In this document: positions 53,966 through 63,040 of the stretch, piece after piece
Layout: every line of letters begins with the position of its first letter
Numbering within the stretch: the first letter of the stretch is position 1
Assembly: GCA_934098565.1 (NCBI GenBank)
Contig: CAKOON010000001.1
Coordinates: forward strand, 300,275-364,274
Direction of reading: 5' to 3'
Length of the DNA stretch: 64,000 nucleotides
Source of the DNA: an uncultured Bacilli bacterium
GTDB taxonomy: Bacteria > Bacillota_I > Bacilli_A > RF39 > UBA660
Notes under the pieces: model-generated
What the model was told of the DNA's origin: nothing
Database searches by the model: none
Seen by the model: the letters and a program-made list of their open reading frames with translations, nothing else
Translations under genes and position numbers: made by a program

Positions 53966-55243
53966 TTATTTGTTAACGCCTACGACATAATCATTATATG
54001 CTTCAGTAACAGTGATATCATAGAATTTATTATGAGTTAATTGATCTTTAACAATAACTTTTAAGTATGTAGAAGTATGCCCGATGGAGACATTTTCTTT
54101 TACTTCCTCAATTAAAACAGGAAAAGTTTTGCCTACTTGTTTTTTATTATAATCAAGTTCTAAAGTATCAGAAACTTCAATAAGACGCTTAGCTCTTTCT
54201 TTACGAATGTTGACTGGCACTTGATTAGGCATTTTAGCAGCTACGGTTCCAGTTCTTTCTGAGTATGGAAAGGTATGTATTTTACTAAAGCCAACTGTTT
54301 TACAAAAAGCAATACATTCTTGGAAATCATCTTCCGTTTCACCGGGAAAACCTGTTATGACATCAGTGGTAATATTAATATCTGGAATGCAAGTTCTAAT
54401 TTCCTTGATTTTAGCTAAAAACTCATTTTTGGCATATTTACGGTTCATCAGTTTTAGAATCTTATCAGAGCCAGATTGTAAAGGAATATGCATATGATGA
54501 CAAACCTTAGGATTAGATTTTAACATGTTCATGAATTTTTCATCAAGTTCGGTTACCTCAATACTAGAAATCCGAATATTTTTTAAAGCTTCAATTGCTG
54601 ACATGGCATTTATCAAGTCGGTTAAATCATGGTCAGTTCCACGGCCATAAGAGCCGGTATGAATGCCAGTTAAGACGATTTCTTGATGACCATTATGAGC
54701 TAGGGTTTTGGCTTCGGCAACGGCAGTAGCAAAATCTTTACTTCTAATATTACCACGCATATAAGGAATAATACAATAAGTGCAGAAATTATTGCAACCA
54801 TCTTGAACCTTGATGAAGCCACGAGTATGCGAGCTAAACTTATCAACTTCCATATCTTCAAACTCTAAGTCTCTAGTACCTGCAAAATAAGTATACGGAG
54901 TCCTGTCCACAAGATAATTATTAATTAAGTCAACAATCTTCGATTTACCACTGTTACCAATCAATATATCAATATCTAAGTCATTTAACTCAGCTTGATG
55001 ATTTTCTGCTGAACAACCGCAAACAACGACAATAGCATTATTATTTTCTCTTTTAGCGTGACGAATAAGCTTTCTGGACTTACTATCAGCCATATTAGTT
55101 ACAGAACAGGTATTAATGATAACAATGTCAGCATATGAGCCTTCTTCAGTAACCCCATAACCAGCCTTAATAAGTTTTTCTTGCATAACCTCTGATTCAT
55201 AAGTATTTACTTTACACCCTAATGTTATTATTTTAAAAGTCAT
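53966..55243 (-). CDS. mtaB: tRNA t6A37 methylthiotransferase MtaB (YqeV-like radical SAM)
   Basis: 425 aa. N-terminal UPF0004 domain (TLGCKVN), radical SAM CNNFCTYC and a C-terminal TRAM-like domain. Confidence 0.9.
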   Translation of the reverse strand: MTFKIITLGCKVNTYESEVMQEKLIKAGYGVTEEGSYADIVIINTCSVTNMADSKSRKLIRHAKRENNNAIVVVCGCSAENHQAELNDLDIDILIGNSGKSKIVDLINNYLVDRTPYTYFAGTRDLEFEDMEVDKFSSHTRGFIKVQDGCNNFCTYCIIPYMRGNIRSKDFATAVAEAKTLAHNGHQEIVLTGIHTGSYGRGTDHDLTDLINAMSAIEALKNIRISSIEVTELDEKFMNMLKSNPKVCHHMHIPLQSGSDKILKLMNRKYAKNEFLAKIKEIRTCIPDINITTDVITGFPGETEDDFQECIAFCKTVGFSKIHTFPYSERTGTVAAKMPNQVPVNIRKERAKRLIEVSDTLELDYNKKQVGKTFPVLIEEVKENVSIGHTSTYLKVIVKDQLTHNKFYDITVTEAYNDYVVGVNK

Positions 55244-55623
55244 AAAATCTCTCCTCTTCTACTTAATATTTGTATCTTTAATTACAACTATTTCTTTTCA
55301 ATGTAGCTGTATTCTATCCAAGTATCTTCGTACTGTCAATTGTTTTTTAATCAATTTCGGAAGTTTTTAAGCAAACTTTTCAAGTCTTAATTACTTAGAT
55401 AATTATAAGTAATTAGAAGGTTAATTGCAAGGAAAATTTATGGCCTTTTGATGACTAATTGTAAATTCTTTAATACATCAAACTTGGTTACTAAGGAATA
55501 ATAATCTCAATATGTCAAGCATTACTATCAATTGGAAATAATTTTAATATGTCGACGAGTGTGATTGAAGAAATGAAAAAGAGAGAAAAAAAGAAACTAG
55601 ATTTTTTCTAATTTCTTATAAAA

Positions 55624-55950
55624 CTACTTCATCCATAATCTAAACCTTATATCGTGAAAAATTTGAATAAATTCAGCAACAGTAAAGAAACTTAAAGAAA
55701 TAAGGAAACCAATCCCAAGATAATCTAAAAATAATAGCCAATCAATTTTGTCTGTAGCAATTGATATTAAGCACCAGATGGCAATGCTAAAACCTATAGC
55801 AAGAATGCCAAGACATTTAAGAACGATGGCAACAAGGTTATTCTTTGTAAAGATTGTATTTAATTTATCACCCATTTTTCTATTAAAATAAGTTTCATAA
55901 GCCTTGCTGATATCTTCAGTCTCACTAATACTTTGTTTATTTTCTTCCAT
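55624..55950 (-). CDS. hypothetical membrane protein
   Basis: 108 aa. Hydrophilic head plus two TM helices. No family recognised. Confidence 0.45.
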   Translation of the reverse strand: MEENKQSISETEDISKAYETYFNRKMGDKLNTIFTKNNLVAIVLKCLGILAIGFSIAIWCLISIATDKIDWLLFLDYLGIGFLISLSFFTVAEFIQIFHDIRFRLWMK

Positions 55951-56148
55951 CCCACATAAACTCCTTACTTTAATTACTATACTATAAATTAAACTAAAGA
56001 TAAAGACTATTTGTCAAAAGAAAAAATCCCTTAATAGAGATTTAATAGAAATATTTGCTTAAGTAGTTTCTTTTGTTTGATTTTAAAGTCAGTTTTAAAG
56101 TTCTATCAATTCTTTTATTATCAATAGGTGCTTGTTTTTTTCTAAGCC

Positions 56149-56766
56149 TTACTTAATATCTTCAATATTTCTTTTAGAATAAATACAGCCACAGAAATTT
56201 TGACGATAAAGATTATATTCTTTTGACAGTTCAATACTTCTTTGATAACCATTTTGTTTTTTAAAGTCACTAGGTAGATAGGAAACACCTATTCTTTTAC
56301 TAATGGCATAGCCAATTTTATTGATAGCCTGGCTATCTTTCAAAGGACTTAGAGTAAGAGTGGTGGCAAAGTAATCATAACCTAATTCTTCTGCTTTCTT
56401 GGCCGTATACTCCATACGGAGATTATAGCATTTAAGACACCTTTTACCACGTTCCGGCTCCTTTTCAAGACCGTTAGCAATTTCCATAAACCTATCATGG
56501 TCATAATCACAATCAAGAATATCAATTTTATTAGAATGAGGAAATTCTTTAATAAATCTTGTTTCCTCTTCTTTTCGTTTTAAATACTCTTCATAGGGTT
56601 CAATATTAGGATTATAATAAAGAATTGTAATATCAAAATAAGTTGTCAACTTTTCAAGGCAAGCACTACTACAAGGAGCACAACATGAATGCAGCAAAAG
56701 TTTTTTAATTTCTCCTTGATTATTTAGAAGTTCCCACATTTTTTTATCATAATTAATTTTTTCCAC
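56149..56766 (-). CDS. queH: epoxyqueuosine reductase QueH
   Basis: Motifs LLLHSCCAPCSS and NFCGC. GTG at 56766 (giving MEKINYDKK...) follows AAGGTGA. The 37-aa N-terminal extension in the ORF track overlaps divIB and is Leu/Val-rich. Confidence 0.85.
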   Translation of the reverse strand: MEKINYDKKMWELLNNQGEIKKLLLHSCCAPCSSACLEKLTTYFDITILYYNPNIEPYEEYLKRKEEETRFIKEFPHSNKIDILDCDYDHDRFMEIANGLEKEPERGKRCLKCYNLRMEYTAKKAEELGYDYFATTLTLSPLKDSQAINKIGYAISKRIGVSYLPSDFKKQNGYQRSIELSKEYNLYRQNFCGCIYSKRNIEDIK

Positions 56767-57505
56767 TTGCTTCACCTTCACTACTAAATTTACTAAAGAA
56801 AACATTACTAGTTCCAGAGTCAAAATTATAAGTTCCTTTAACACTAGTATCAAAACTATCCATCGTTTTACTAACAATCTTTAAGTAATTATTAAATTTA
56901 TCAATATTGATGGCGTTTACTACTGCTATATTAGAATCATTCATATAAAAAGTAAAGCGTTTATCATCAATTATAGTACCATTTTGACTAATTGTGGGAG
57001 TATATTCAATTTCACTAATCATTTCTAAAAGGTTAGAATTTACTTTACTTAGGGCTGTTACTAAATATTCTTGCGTTTTTGCACTAATATTACTTTCTAA
57101 AGTGGGCATAGATATAATATCTAAATTGATGTTTTCGTAAGTATTATTTTTATTAGTAATTATTTTATTGGTATTATTTAAGTATAGAAGAGGTACTTCT
57201 TCAGAAACAGTTATTTTTAAAGTTCCATTTAATTTCTTACTTACTTTGGTATTACTTAGTAAAGGAATGCTATTTATTTGAGACTCAATTGTTTTTTTAC
57301 TTATATCTTTATAATAAGGATAGTCTTTTAGATGGCATTCTCTAATAATATAACTATCTTTAATGTAATTATTGCCTTCAATCAAGATATTTTGGACTTT
57401 AAGATTGAGGATAAAAATAATTAAACCAGCCAAGATAGTGATGGTACCAAGGAAAATAAAGACTCTTTTTTTATTTAATTTACGATGTTTTTTCTTTTTA
57501 CTCAT
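56753..57505 (-). CDS. divIB: cell division protein DivIB/FtsQ
   Basis: 250 aa. Basic N-terminus, one TM, POTRA-like VQNILIEGNNYIKDSYI...LKITVSEEVPLLYL. Downstream of murB. Confidence 0.75.
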   Translation of the reverse strand: MSKKKKHRKLNKKRVFIFLGTITILAGLIIFILNLKVQNILIEGNNYIKDSYIIRECHLKDYPYYKDISKKTIESQINSIPLLSNTKVSKKLNGTLKITVSEEVPLLYLNNTNKIITNKNNTYENINLDIISMPTLESNISAKTQEYLVTALSKVNSNLLEMISEIEYTPTISQNGTIIDDKRFTFYMNDSNIAVVNAINIDKFNNYLKIVSKTMDSFDTSVKGTYNFDSGTSNVFFSKFSSEGEASGKN

Positions 57506-58385
57506 AATTATCCCACTTTACTATTTCTTGTTCTAAGACGAGGTCAATGTTATTTTTCGCTTTAATAGTTTTTTTGATATGGGCAATGAGATTAATGATA
57601 TCTTTTGCAGTAGCATTAGCGGTATTGATGATAAAATTAGCGTGTTTAGTAGATATTTCCGCCCCACCTATTTTGAAGCCTTTAAGATTGGCTTCTTCAA
57701 TTAACTTGCCGGCTGGTAAGTCCTTACTGGGATTGCGAAAAGTAGAACCGGCAGAAGGATAGTTAAGGGGTTGGGTTTTAAGGCGGCGGGTTAAGCGATC
57801 ATTAATAAGTTCTAAGGACTTAGTTTTATCACCTGGTTTTAATTTTAAATGGGCAGCTACAATAATATATTGACGCTTATTTTGAAAGAAAGTTGTTCGA
57901 TAACCATAAGAAATTTTATCTTTTTTGATTGTTTCAATTTTGCCATTATGAAGAACAATTATCTCTTCTAGGTAATCATAAATAGCTTCATTATAGGCTC
58001 CCGCATTACCATAGATGGCACCACCCAAAGTTCCCGGAATCCCACTTGCCCACTCAAGGCCGGATAAATTATGATTAACACAGTAATTACAAAGTTTAGG
58101 AAGCATAACCCCACTGTAGGCAATAACATCAGCCTCTCCTTTTTCTAAAATACCATCCAGATTTTTCATGTTAATAATAAGGCCATCAAAGTAACCATCT
58201 AAAATCACATTAGATCCATTACCTAAAATAAAATAAGCAATGTTGTGATTAGTAGCATAATTAACAATGGTCATTAGGTCTTCTAAGGTACTCGGTAAGA
58301 CCATATAATGACACTTTGAAGATATTCGGTAAGTATTATAATCTTTTAAGTTCACATTTCTTTTTAATTCACACTTTTTATTCAT
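57498..58385 (-). CDS. murB: UDP-N-acetylenolpyruvoylglucosamine reductase
   Basis: 295 aa. FAD-binding domain (LGNGSNV), with GSTFRNP and GGAEISTKHANFIIN. Confidence 0.95.
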   Translation of the reverse strand: MNKKCELKRNVNLKDYNTYRISSKCHYMVLPSTLEDLMTIVNYATNHNIAYFILGNGSNVILDGYFDGLIINMKNLDGILEKGEADVIAYSGVMLPKLCNYCVNHNLSGLEWASGIPGTLGGAIYGNAGAYNEAIYDYLEEIIVLHNGKIETIKKDKISYGYRTTFFQNKRQYIIVAAHLKLKPGDKTKSLELINDRLTRRLKTQPLNYPSAGSTFRNPSKDLPAGKLIEEANLKGFKIGGAEISTKHANFIINTANATAKDIINLIAHIKKTIKAKNNIDLVLEQEIVKWDNYE

Positions 58386-59458
58386 CTTTTAATAAGCTCC
58401 TTAACTGCATCGTAGATAATTTTAGTACTATCCAAGGTACTTTCTTTTTGAAGATTATTCTTGATTGTTTGGTATTTTTCTTTATTAGTTAATAGATTTT
58501 CAATGGTACTCTGAATATTTTTAATATTAAGATTATGTTCTTCTAACATAATGGCTTCGCCATTGTCTTCTAGGGCTTTAGCATTATAATATTGATGATT
58601 GTTAGCGACATAGGGACTAGGAATTAGGATACTTGGGAGGTTAAGGGCTTTAATTTCAGCAATGGTTGAAGCCCCAGCACGAGCTACTAAGATATCTGTT
58701 TCTTTTAGAAGACCACTTAGATTATCTAAGTATGGTAATACTAAGACGTTTTTAGGATATTCAGTTTGGGTGAATTCTTCATAAAGACTTTTACCAGTTA
58801 TATAAACAACTTGGTATTGGGCTTGACCTATCTTTTTTAAATAACCTTGCATGGCAGCATTGACAGTGGCGCTACCAAGAGACCCACAGACAACAACGAC
58901 TAAGGGTAAAGACTCCTTAAGACCTAGAGAAGTCTTTGTAATTTTAGGAGTATTAAGAGCTCTAATACCGGTAGGATTTCCTGTATAAATAACTTTTTGA
59001 TTAGGAAAATACTTAGCTGACTCAGAAAATGAAACTCCAATAATATCAGCATATTTACTAATCATCTTGTTGGTTTTACCAGGAATGGCATTTTGTTCAT
59101 GAATGAAAGTTTTAATGTGCTTAGATTTAGCAGCCATTAAAACAGGATAAGTTACATAACCACCTATTCCTAAGACAACGTCAGGTTTAAATTCAGCAAT
59201 TTTCTTCTTAATAGCTTTTTTAGCTTTCAGAATTAAAAAAATATCTTTGATATCTTTTAAGATGTTTTTTGATAACCCATAGATTTCAATGCCGTAATAA
59301 GGAATATTCTCTTTAGGGATGATATCCTTTTCCATTCGATTTTTAGTCCCTATATATAAGACTTCTAAAGATTTATCATATTTTTTAAAACCTTCTATTA
59401 TAGATAATGCTGGGTAGATATGACCACCGGTACCACCGGCACTTATTATAATTCGCAT
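58382..59458 (-). CDS. murG: undecaprenyl-PP-MurNAc-pentapeptide GlcNAc transferase
   Basis: 358 aa. N-terminal GGTGGHIYPAL and a C-terminal RAGASTIAE. Confidence 0.95.
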   Translation of the reverse strand: MRIIISAGGTGGHIYPALSIIEGFKKYDKSLEVLYIGTKNRMEKDIIPKENIPYYGIEIYGLSKNILKDIKDIFLILKAKKAIKKKIAEFKPDVVLGIGGYVTYPVLMAAKSKHIKTFIHEQNAIPGKTNKMISKYADIIGVSFSESAKYFPNQKVIYTGNPTGIRALNTPKITKTSLGLKESLPLVVVVCGSLGSATVNAAMQGYLKKIGQAQYQVVYITGKSLYEEFTQTEYPKNVLVLPYLDNLSGLLKETDILVARAGASTIAEIKALNLPSILIPSPYVANNHQYYNAKALEDNGEAIMLEEHNLNIKNIQSTIENLLTNKEKYQTIKNNLQKESTLDSTKIIYDAVKELIKR

Positions 59459-59511
59459 AATATCACCTTTTCTTAGTATATTATACTACATAATAAAGGT
59501 TTTAAGAAGTA

Positions 59512-59538
59512 GAAAAAAGCTTGTAGGTTTACTACAAG
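59512..59538 (-). terminator. intrinsic terminator after the 662-aa gene
   Basis: Minus-strand RNA CUUGUAG-UAAAC-CUACAAG followed by CUUUUUU. Perfect 7-bp stem. Confidence 0.65.
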
Positions 59539-59599
59539 TGATATGTACTTAAAGTTATGGAGTCAAAGATTAAGAGAATGAGTAATATGGCCCCATAAC

Positions 59600-61588
59600 T
59601 TAATTAGTTTCTACAATAAACGGATCATTTGAAGTACCTGTTCCACCAGTAATTTTTACATCAGGCTTTAGATTAATAACAGGGCGGGCATTGCGTCCGC
59701 TAGTAATCGTATTTGCAGAAAGCGTACCTACAGACACTTCATTAAATTCACTGCCAGCAGCATTTCCTGCACCGAACCCAGAAGGAGACATTGTCCAAGT
59801 ATGAAACATAGAATAAATCCAAGAAAGTTTATTTATATGTCTTCCATCTATCCCAGCAAATACCATTTCATCATAGGTGATTAAACCAACGGGATAAGTT
59901 AAGGCTTTGTTTCCGACACTGGAGTCTGTCGTAGTATATAAATCTCTTGCTGGCTCGGGACAAGTAAATTGAGCAGTGTTAGCTTGATATCTACCATAGG
60001 CTCCAAATCTTGTATCTTTATCCGTTTGAACGCCATCACCGCCACTGTTACTATAAAGACTACGATCCCCACAGAAACCTATGGTGGTTGAAATATAACC
60101 ACTATATCCTTTATCCTCAATATTAGTTTTATACCAACTATCAACGGCAGCTTTAATGGTTGAGTCATTGGTATTTGCATGAACTTCAGCAAATGTGGTC
60201 GCATCGGGGTCCCCATACATGTAACCAACATAGGCAGGGTCATTATATTTACTATTAAATTGATATGTTCGGTTATTGATTGATTGCGCATTCCCTGTTG
60301 CATTTTTTACACTACCATTATAAATTAATCTTATCGAACCATCACCATTGATTCTGACTATTTGCCAGTAGTAACCAGCAAAGTAAACATTGTTATTTTT
60401 AACATTGCCACGATAATAATAAGTGGTACCATAATCATCGACATTTTGATATAAGCCCCTATCAGATTTATCATTTTCCAGTTCCGTTTCGGTTAAAGTT
60501 ACACAAGATAAACTATAGACATTAACTGCGTATCGAACACCATTTGTAGTCTGTGTACTAATTGATTTTGTCGCTCCAACAATCTGAAAGACCTCAACAT
60601 TGCCATGATTTCGCGCTGAATATATTTTTTGATTTTGGTGATTATAAGACATATATTCAGTAGAATAATAATACTTTATATCCCCGGAATAATCTAAGGT
60701 TGCTGGGTCTTTCAGTGAACAGTCACTTAAGGTATACCACGCCGTTTCACTATTAAAAGTTTTGCCAGTACACACATACATATATTGTTCATCTTGACTT
60801 AAATTGCTTAATTCTGGTACTGAATTTATCGCTTCTAGAGTTGGTTTTATAACCTTACGTGTTGAACTTTCGCCAGTCTTCTCTACCCACTTGATAATGG
60901 GAGCTGTATTACTTAAATCTGGTGACCCCTTAGCTTCTATTCTTTTTATAGCATCTTCAGGAGTACTTTGATATTCATTAGCTAAGATGGCATCATGTAA
61001 TGTACTATAACCAGCATTGGTTGAATTCCAAGTACTTGGGGTTGCCACTACTACTATTTTAGATGCAAAATACTTATTCATAGAATCAACATCTTCAACG
61101 TCTTTATCCATCCAAAATCTAACTGTATAATCAACAGAATCATTGTAACCTAAAGTCCCCTTGGCTATAACTCTAGACTCCGTACTGCCATCAATAACTG
61201 TTTTAGTTTCTTCATATTTAGAAAGTAACTTTATTTCTTCGTTATTAACCATTAAATCTAAGTATTTACTATTTAAAGTCGTACCTGCTAACATTTCTAT
61301 ATTAACAGTATATCCTGCTAACATATCACAAGTATTAGTAATTGTAAAACTATAAGGAGTTAGTTTTCTTCCTTCTTCATCACTTATGGGATACATATTA
61401 GTTAGATTAATTTCATTCTTTGCATTAGATAATTCTAACTTAAAACATTTAGACCCAGCAATATTATTGTTATCTTGTTTTTTAGATAACAAATAATAAC
61501 CAAAAGATATACCAATACTAATTAAACATATTAAACTTATAGCGCCTATTATTCTACTTACTTTTCTATTTCCAGAAACATTTTTCAT
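59600..61588 (-). CDS. large N-terminally anchored extracytoplasmic protein, unknown function
   Basis: 662 aa. TM IIGAISLICLISIGISFGYYLL. Conserved-looking blocks YYYRGNVKNNNVYFAGYYWQIVRINGDGSIRLIYNG, TYPVGLITYDEMVFAG, WTMSPS and ARPVINLKPDVKITGGTGTSNDPF. Confidence 0.7.
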   Translation of the reverse strand: MKNVSGNRKVSRIIGAISLICLISIGISFGYYLLSKKQDNNNIAGSKCFKLELSNAKNEINLTNMYPISDEEGRKLTPYSFTITNTCDMLAGYTVNIEMLAGTTLNSKYLDLMVNNEEIKLLSKYEETKTVIDGSTESRVIAKGTLGYNDSVDYTVRFWMDKDVEDVDSMNKYFASKIVVVATPSTWNSTNAGYSTLHDAILANEYQSTPEDAIKRIEAKGSPDLSNTAPIIKWVEKTGESSTRKVIKPTLEAINSVPELSNLSQDEQYMYVCTGKTFNSETAWYTLSDCSLKDPATLDYSGDIKYYYSTEYMSYNHQNQKIYSARNHGNVEVFQIVGATKSISTQTTNGVRYAVNVYSLSCVTLTETELENDKSDRGLYQNVDDYGTTYYYRGNVKNNNVYFAGYYWQIVRINGDGSIRLIYNGSVKNATGNAQSINNRTYQFNSKYNDPAYVGYMYGDPDATTFAEVHANTNDSTIKAAVDSWYKTNIEDKGYSGYISTTIGFCGDRSLYSNSGGDGVQTDKDTRFGAYGRYQANTAQFTCPEPARDLYTTTDSSVGNKALTYPVGLITYDEMVFAGIDGRHINKLSWIYSMFHTWTMSPSGFGAGNAAGSEFNEVSVGTLSANTITSGRNARPVINLKPDVKITGGTGTSNDPFIVETN

Positions 61589-61688
61589 AAATTACCTCAT
61601 AATCTTATTATTAACAAAACATAAAAATAAATACTAAGTATCGTCCCTAACCTGAACCCAAAATGACAAATACCCATATTTTCCCATT

Positions 61689-61709
61689 CATAGTGTATAT
61701 AACTCTATG
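61689..61709. repeat. 21-bp palindromic element, copy 1
   Basis: CATAGTG-TATATAA-CTCTATG, flanked by att...aaaa. Matches the reverse complement of copy 2 at 20/21 positions. Confidence 0.8.
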
Positions 61710-61743
61710 AAAACATGTGGTGAATACTGGCTTGAGGGGCAAT

Positions 61744-61767
61744 TTGACTACAATAGTTGACTACAAT
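61744..61767. repeat. tandem direct repeat TTGACTACAAT x2 (13-bp period)
   Basis: TTGACTACAAT-AG-TTGACTACAAT. Two more TTGAC[TC]A motifs occur at 61837 and 61849, 12 bp apart. Confidence 0.75.
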
Positions 61768-61943
61768 CAATGCTGAAATTCAACAATTCAAAAAGGCCGC
61801 AAAGCCTTATAAATACAGGGATTGTGAGCTGTTTTTTTGACTAGAAATTTGACCATAAAAAGCCTTAATTTAATCTTTAAAACCCACTAAATATATGATA
61901 AAATAAGCTTATAAGTTAAAAATAGATACCGAAAAAACGTATT

Positions 61944-61964
61944 CATAGAGTTATATACTCTATG
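61944..61964. repeat. 21-bp palindromic element, copy 2
   Basis: CATAGAG-TTATATA-CTCTATG with perfect 7-bp arms. It has the same att...aaaa flanks as copy 1 and lies 255 bp from it. Confidence 0.8.
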
Positions 61965-62089
61965 AAAATTTTAAAAAATAAATAATATATCCAATTATAA
62001 ATAAAGTATACTAAGAAAATAAAGACCTCATTTTTTACAAATTATTGTCTTAAAAACTACTAAACAAAAAAAGAATAATCTCTTAAAGA

Positions 62090-63040
62090 CTATTCTGTTA
62101 TATCACCTAAATGGCCATCAAAGTAGATTCTACTAGTAGCAACATCATCTATATATAAATCTAAGTACTCAGTATTTTCTTCTACACGATAAGAATCTAT
62201 ACTACTCATTGGAAGAGAACTGCCTAAAGAAGAATTACTAGCACTATCATAGATATACATAGTATTATTATTTATTGCCAAAATAATATTCTTATAGAAA
62301 GTAACTCTATCAAAATACATACCCAAAATATTATTACCCGCATAATCAGCTAAATAGTAATTATTATCTTTAGCATTATGAAGTGCTAAAGCATAATCTG
62401 AGTAATCATAAATAGCATCTTGAAAAGTTCTTGATAAAGCATTGTTACTGGCATCAATTAGTTTCCATTCATTATTGGCTAAAACCGCAAAACGAGAAGA
62501 ATCAAGCTTACCATTTTCCACGTGGTTAGCAACACCAATAAAGTCATAAGTATCAGCAAAGCTTCTTCTAACCATCTGATTTATATAATAAATACTATAT
62601 TTTCCATGGTCATCTATTCCAATATAATAATTATCTTTTAAACCAATCCCATAGTTATTAAGGCCAACTAAGTTAATTTTATTTTTAGTGGTCGTATTAT
62701 AGGCAATAACTTTGGGATAGACTAATATATTATTTTTATCAAAAGAAGTTGGGGTATCCATTAAAAAGACAAAGCCAGGACTACTAGAAATGTATTTATT
62801 AGTACCTTGATAATAGTTTAAACTATACTTATTATCATTTACATAATTGTAGGCGTAACCGCAGTACCCAGTAGGGTTCTCACATACATAGCAAGAACCA
62901 TCTACCAAAGTTACATCACACTCTTCAATTTTTTCAGGATACAATATATGACCATAGGTACTTAAAACCGCCAGTGGAAGGCAAATAATAGTCATAATGA
63001 TACTAAGTATCAAAGTTAATTTATTATTCTTGGGTCTCAT
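62090..63040 (-). CDS. N-terminally anchored protein with degenerate WG/beta-propeller-like repeats
   Basis: ATG at 63040 follows AGGAGAG. One TM (LTLILSIIMTIICLPLAVL). Repeating Y/F-D-x-I/V...N/G...Y units. 17-nt overlap with the upstream gene. Confidence 0.6.
   Translation of the reverse strand: MRPKNNKLTLILSIIMTIICLPLAVLSTYGHILYPEKIEECDVTLVDGSCYVCENPTGYCGYAYNYVNDNKYSLNYYQGTNKYISSSPGFVFLMDTPTSFDKNNILVYPKVIAYNTTTKNKINLVGLNNYGIGLKDNYYIGIDDHGKYSIYYINQMVRRSFADTYDFIGVANHVENGKLDSSRFAVLANNEWKLIDASNNALSRTFQDAIYDYSDYALALHNAKDNNYYLADYAGNNILGMYFDRVTFYKNIILAINNNTMYIYDSASNSSLGSSLPMSSIDSYRVEENTEYLDLYIDDVATSRIYFDGHLGDITE

Noticed and set aside
55495-55611. Two tiny plus-strand ORFs (MSSITINWK at 55512-55541; MSTSVIEEMKKREKKKLDFF at 55549-55611), each preceded by a similar ~20-nt stretch (GGAA(T)AATAAT...AATATGTC), in the 380-bp mtaB upstream region
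   Set aside because: The duplication is real, but the ORFs are very short, have weak or no SD sequences and lie in AT-rich low-complexity DNA. I cannot distinguish peptide genes from a chance repeat. They are worth a glance only if transcript data exist.
61940-61990. Possible preQ1-type riboswitch, because of ...CTCTATGAAAATTTTAAAAAATAAA
   Set aside because: It shares only the CUCUAU-A-rich tail flavour. The conserved loop nucleotides and the P1 helix of preQ1-I are not present, and no queuosine gene lies downstream.
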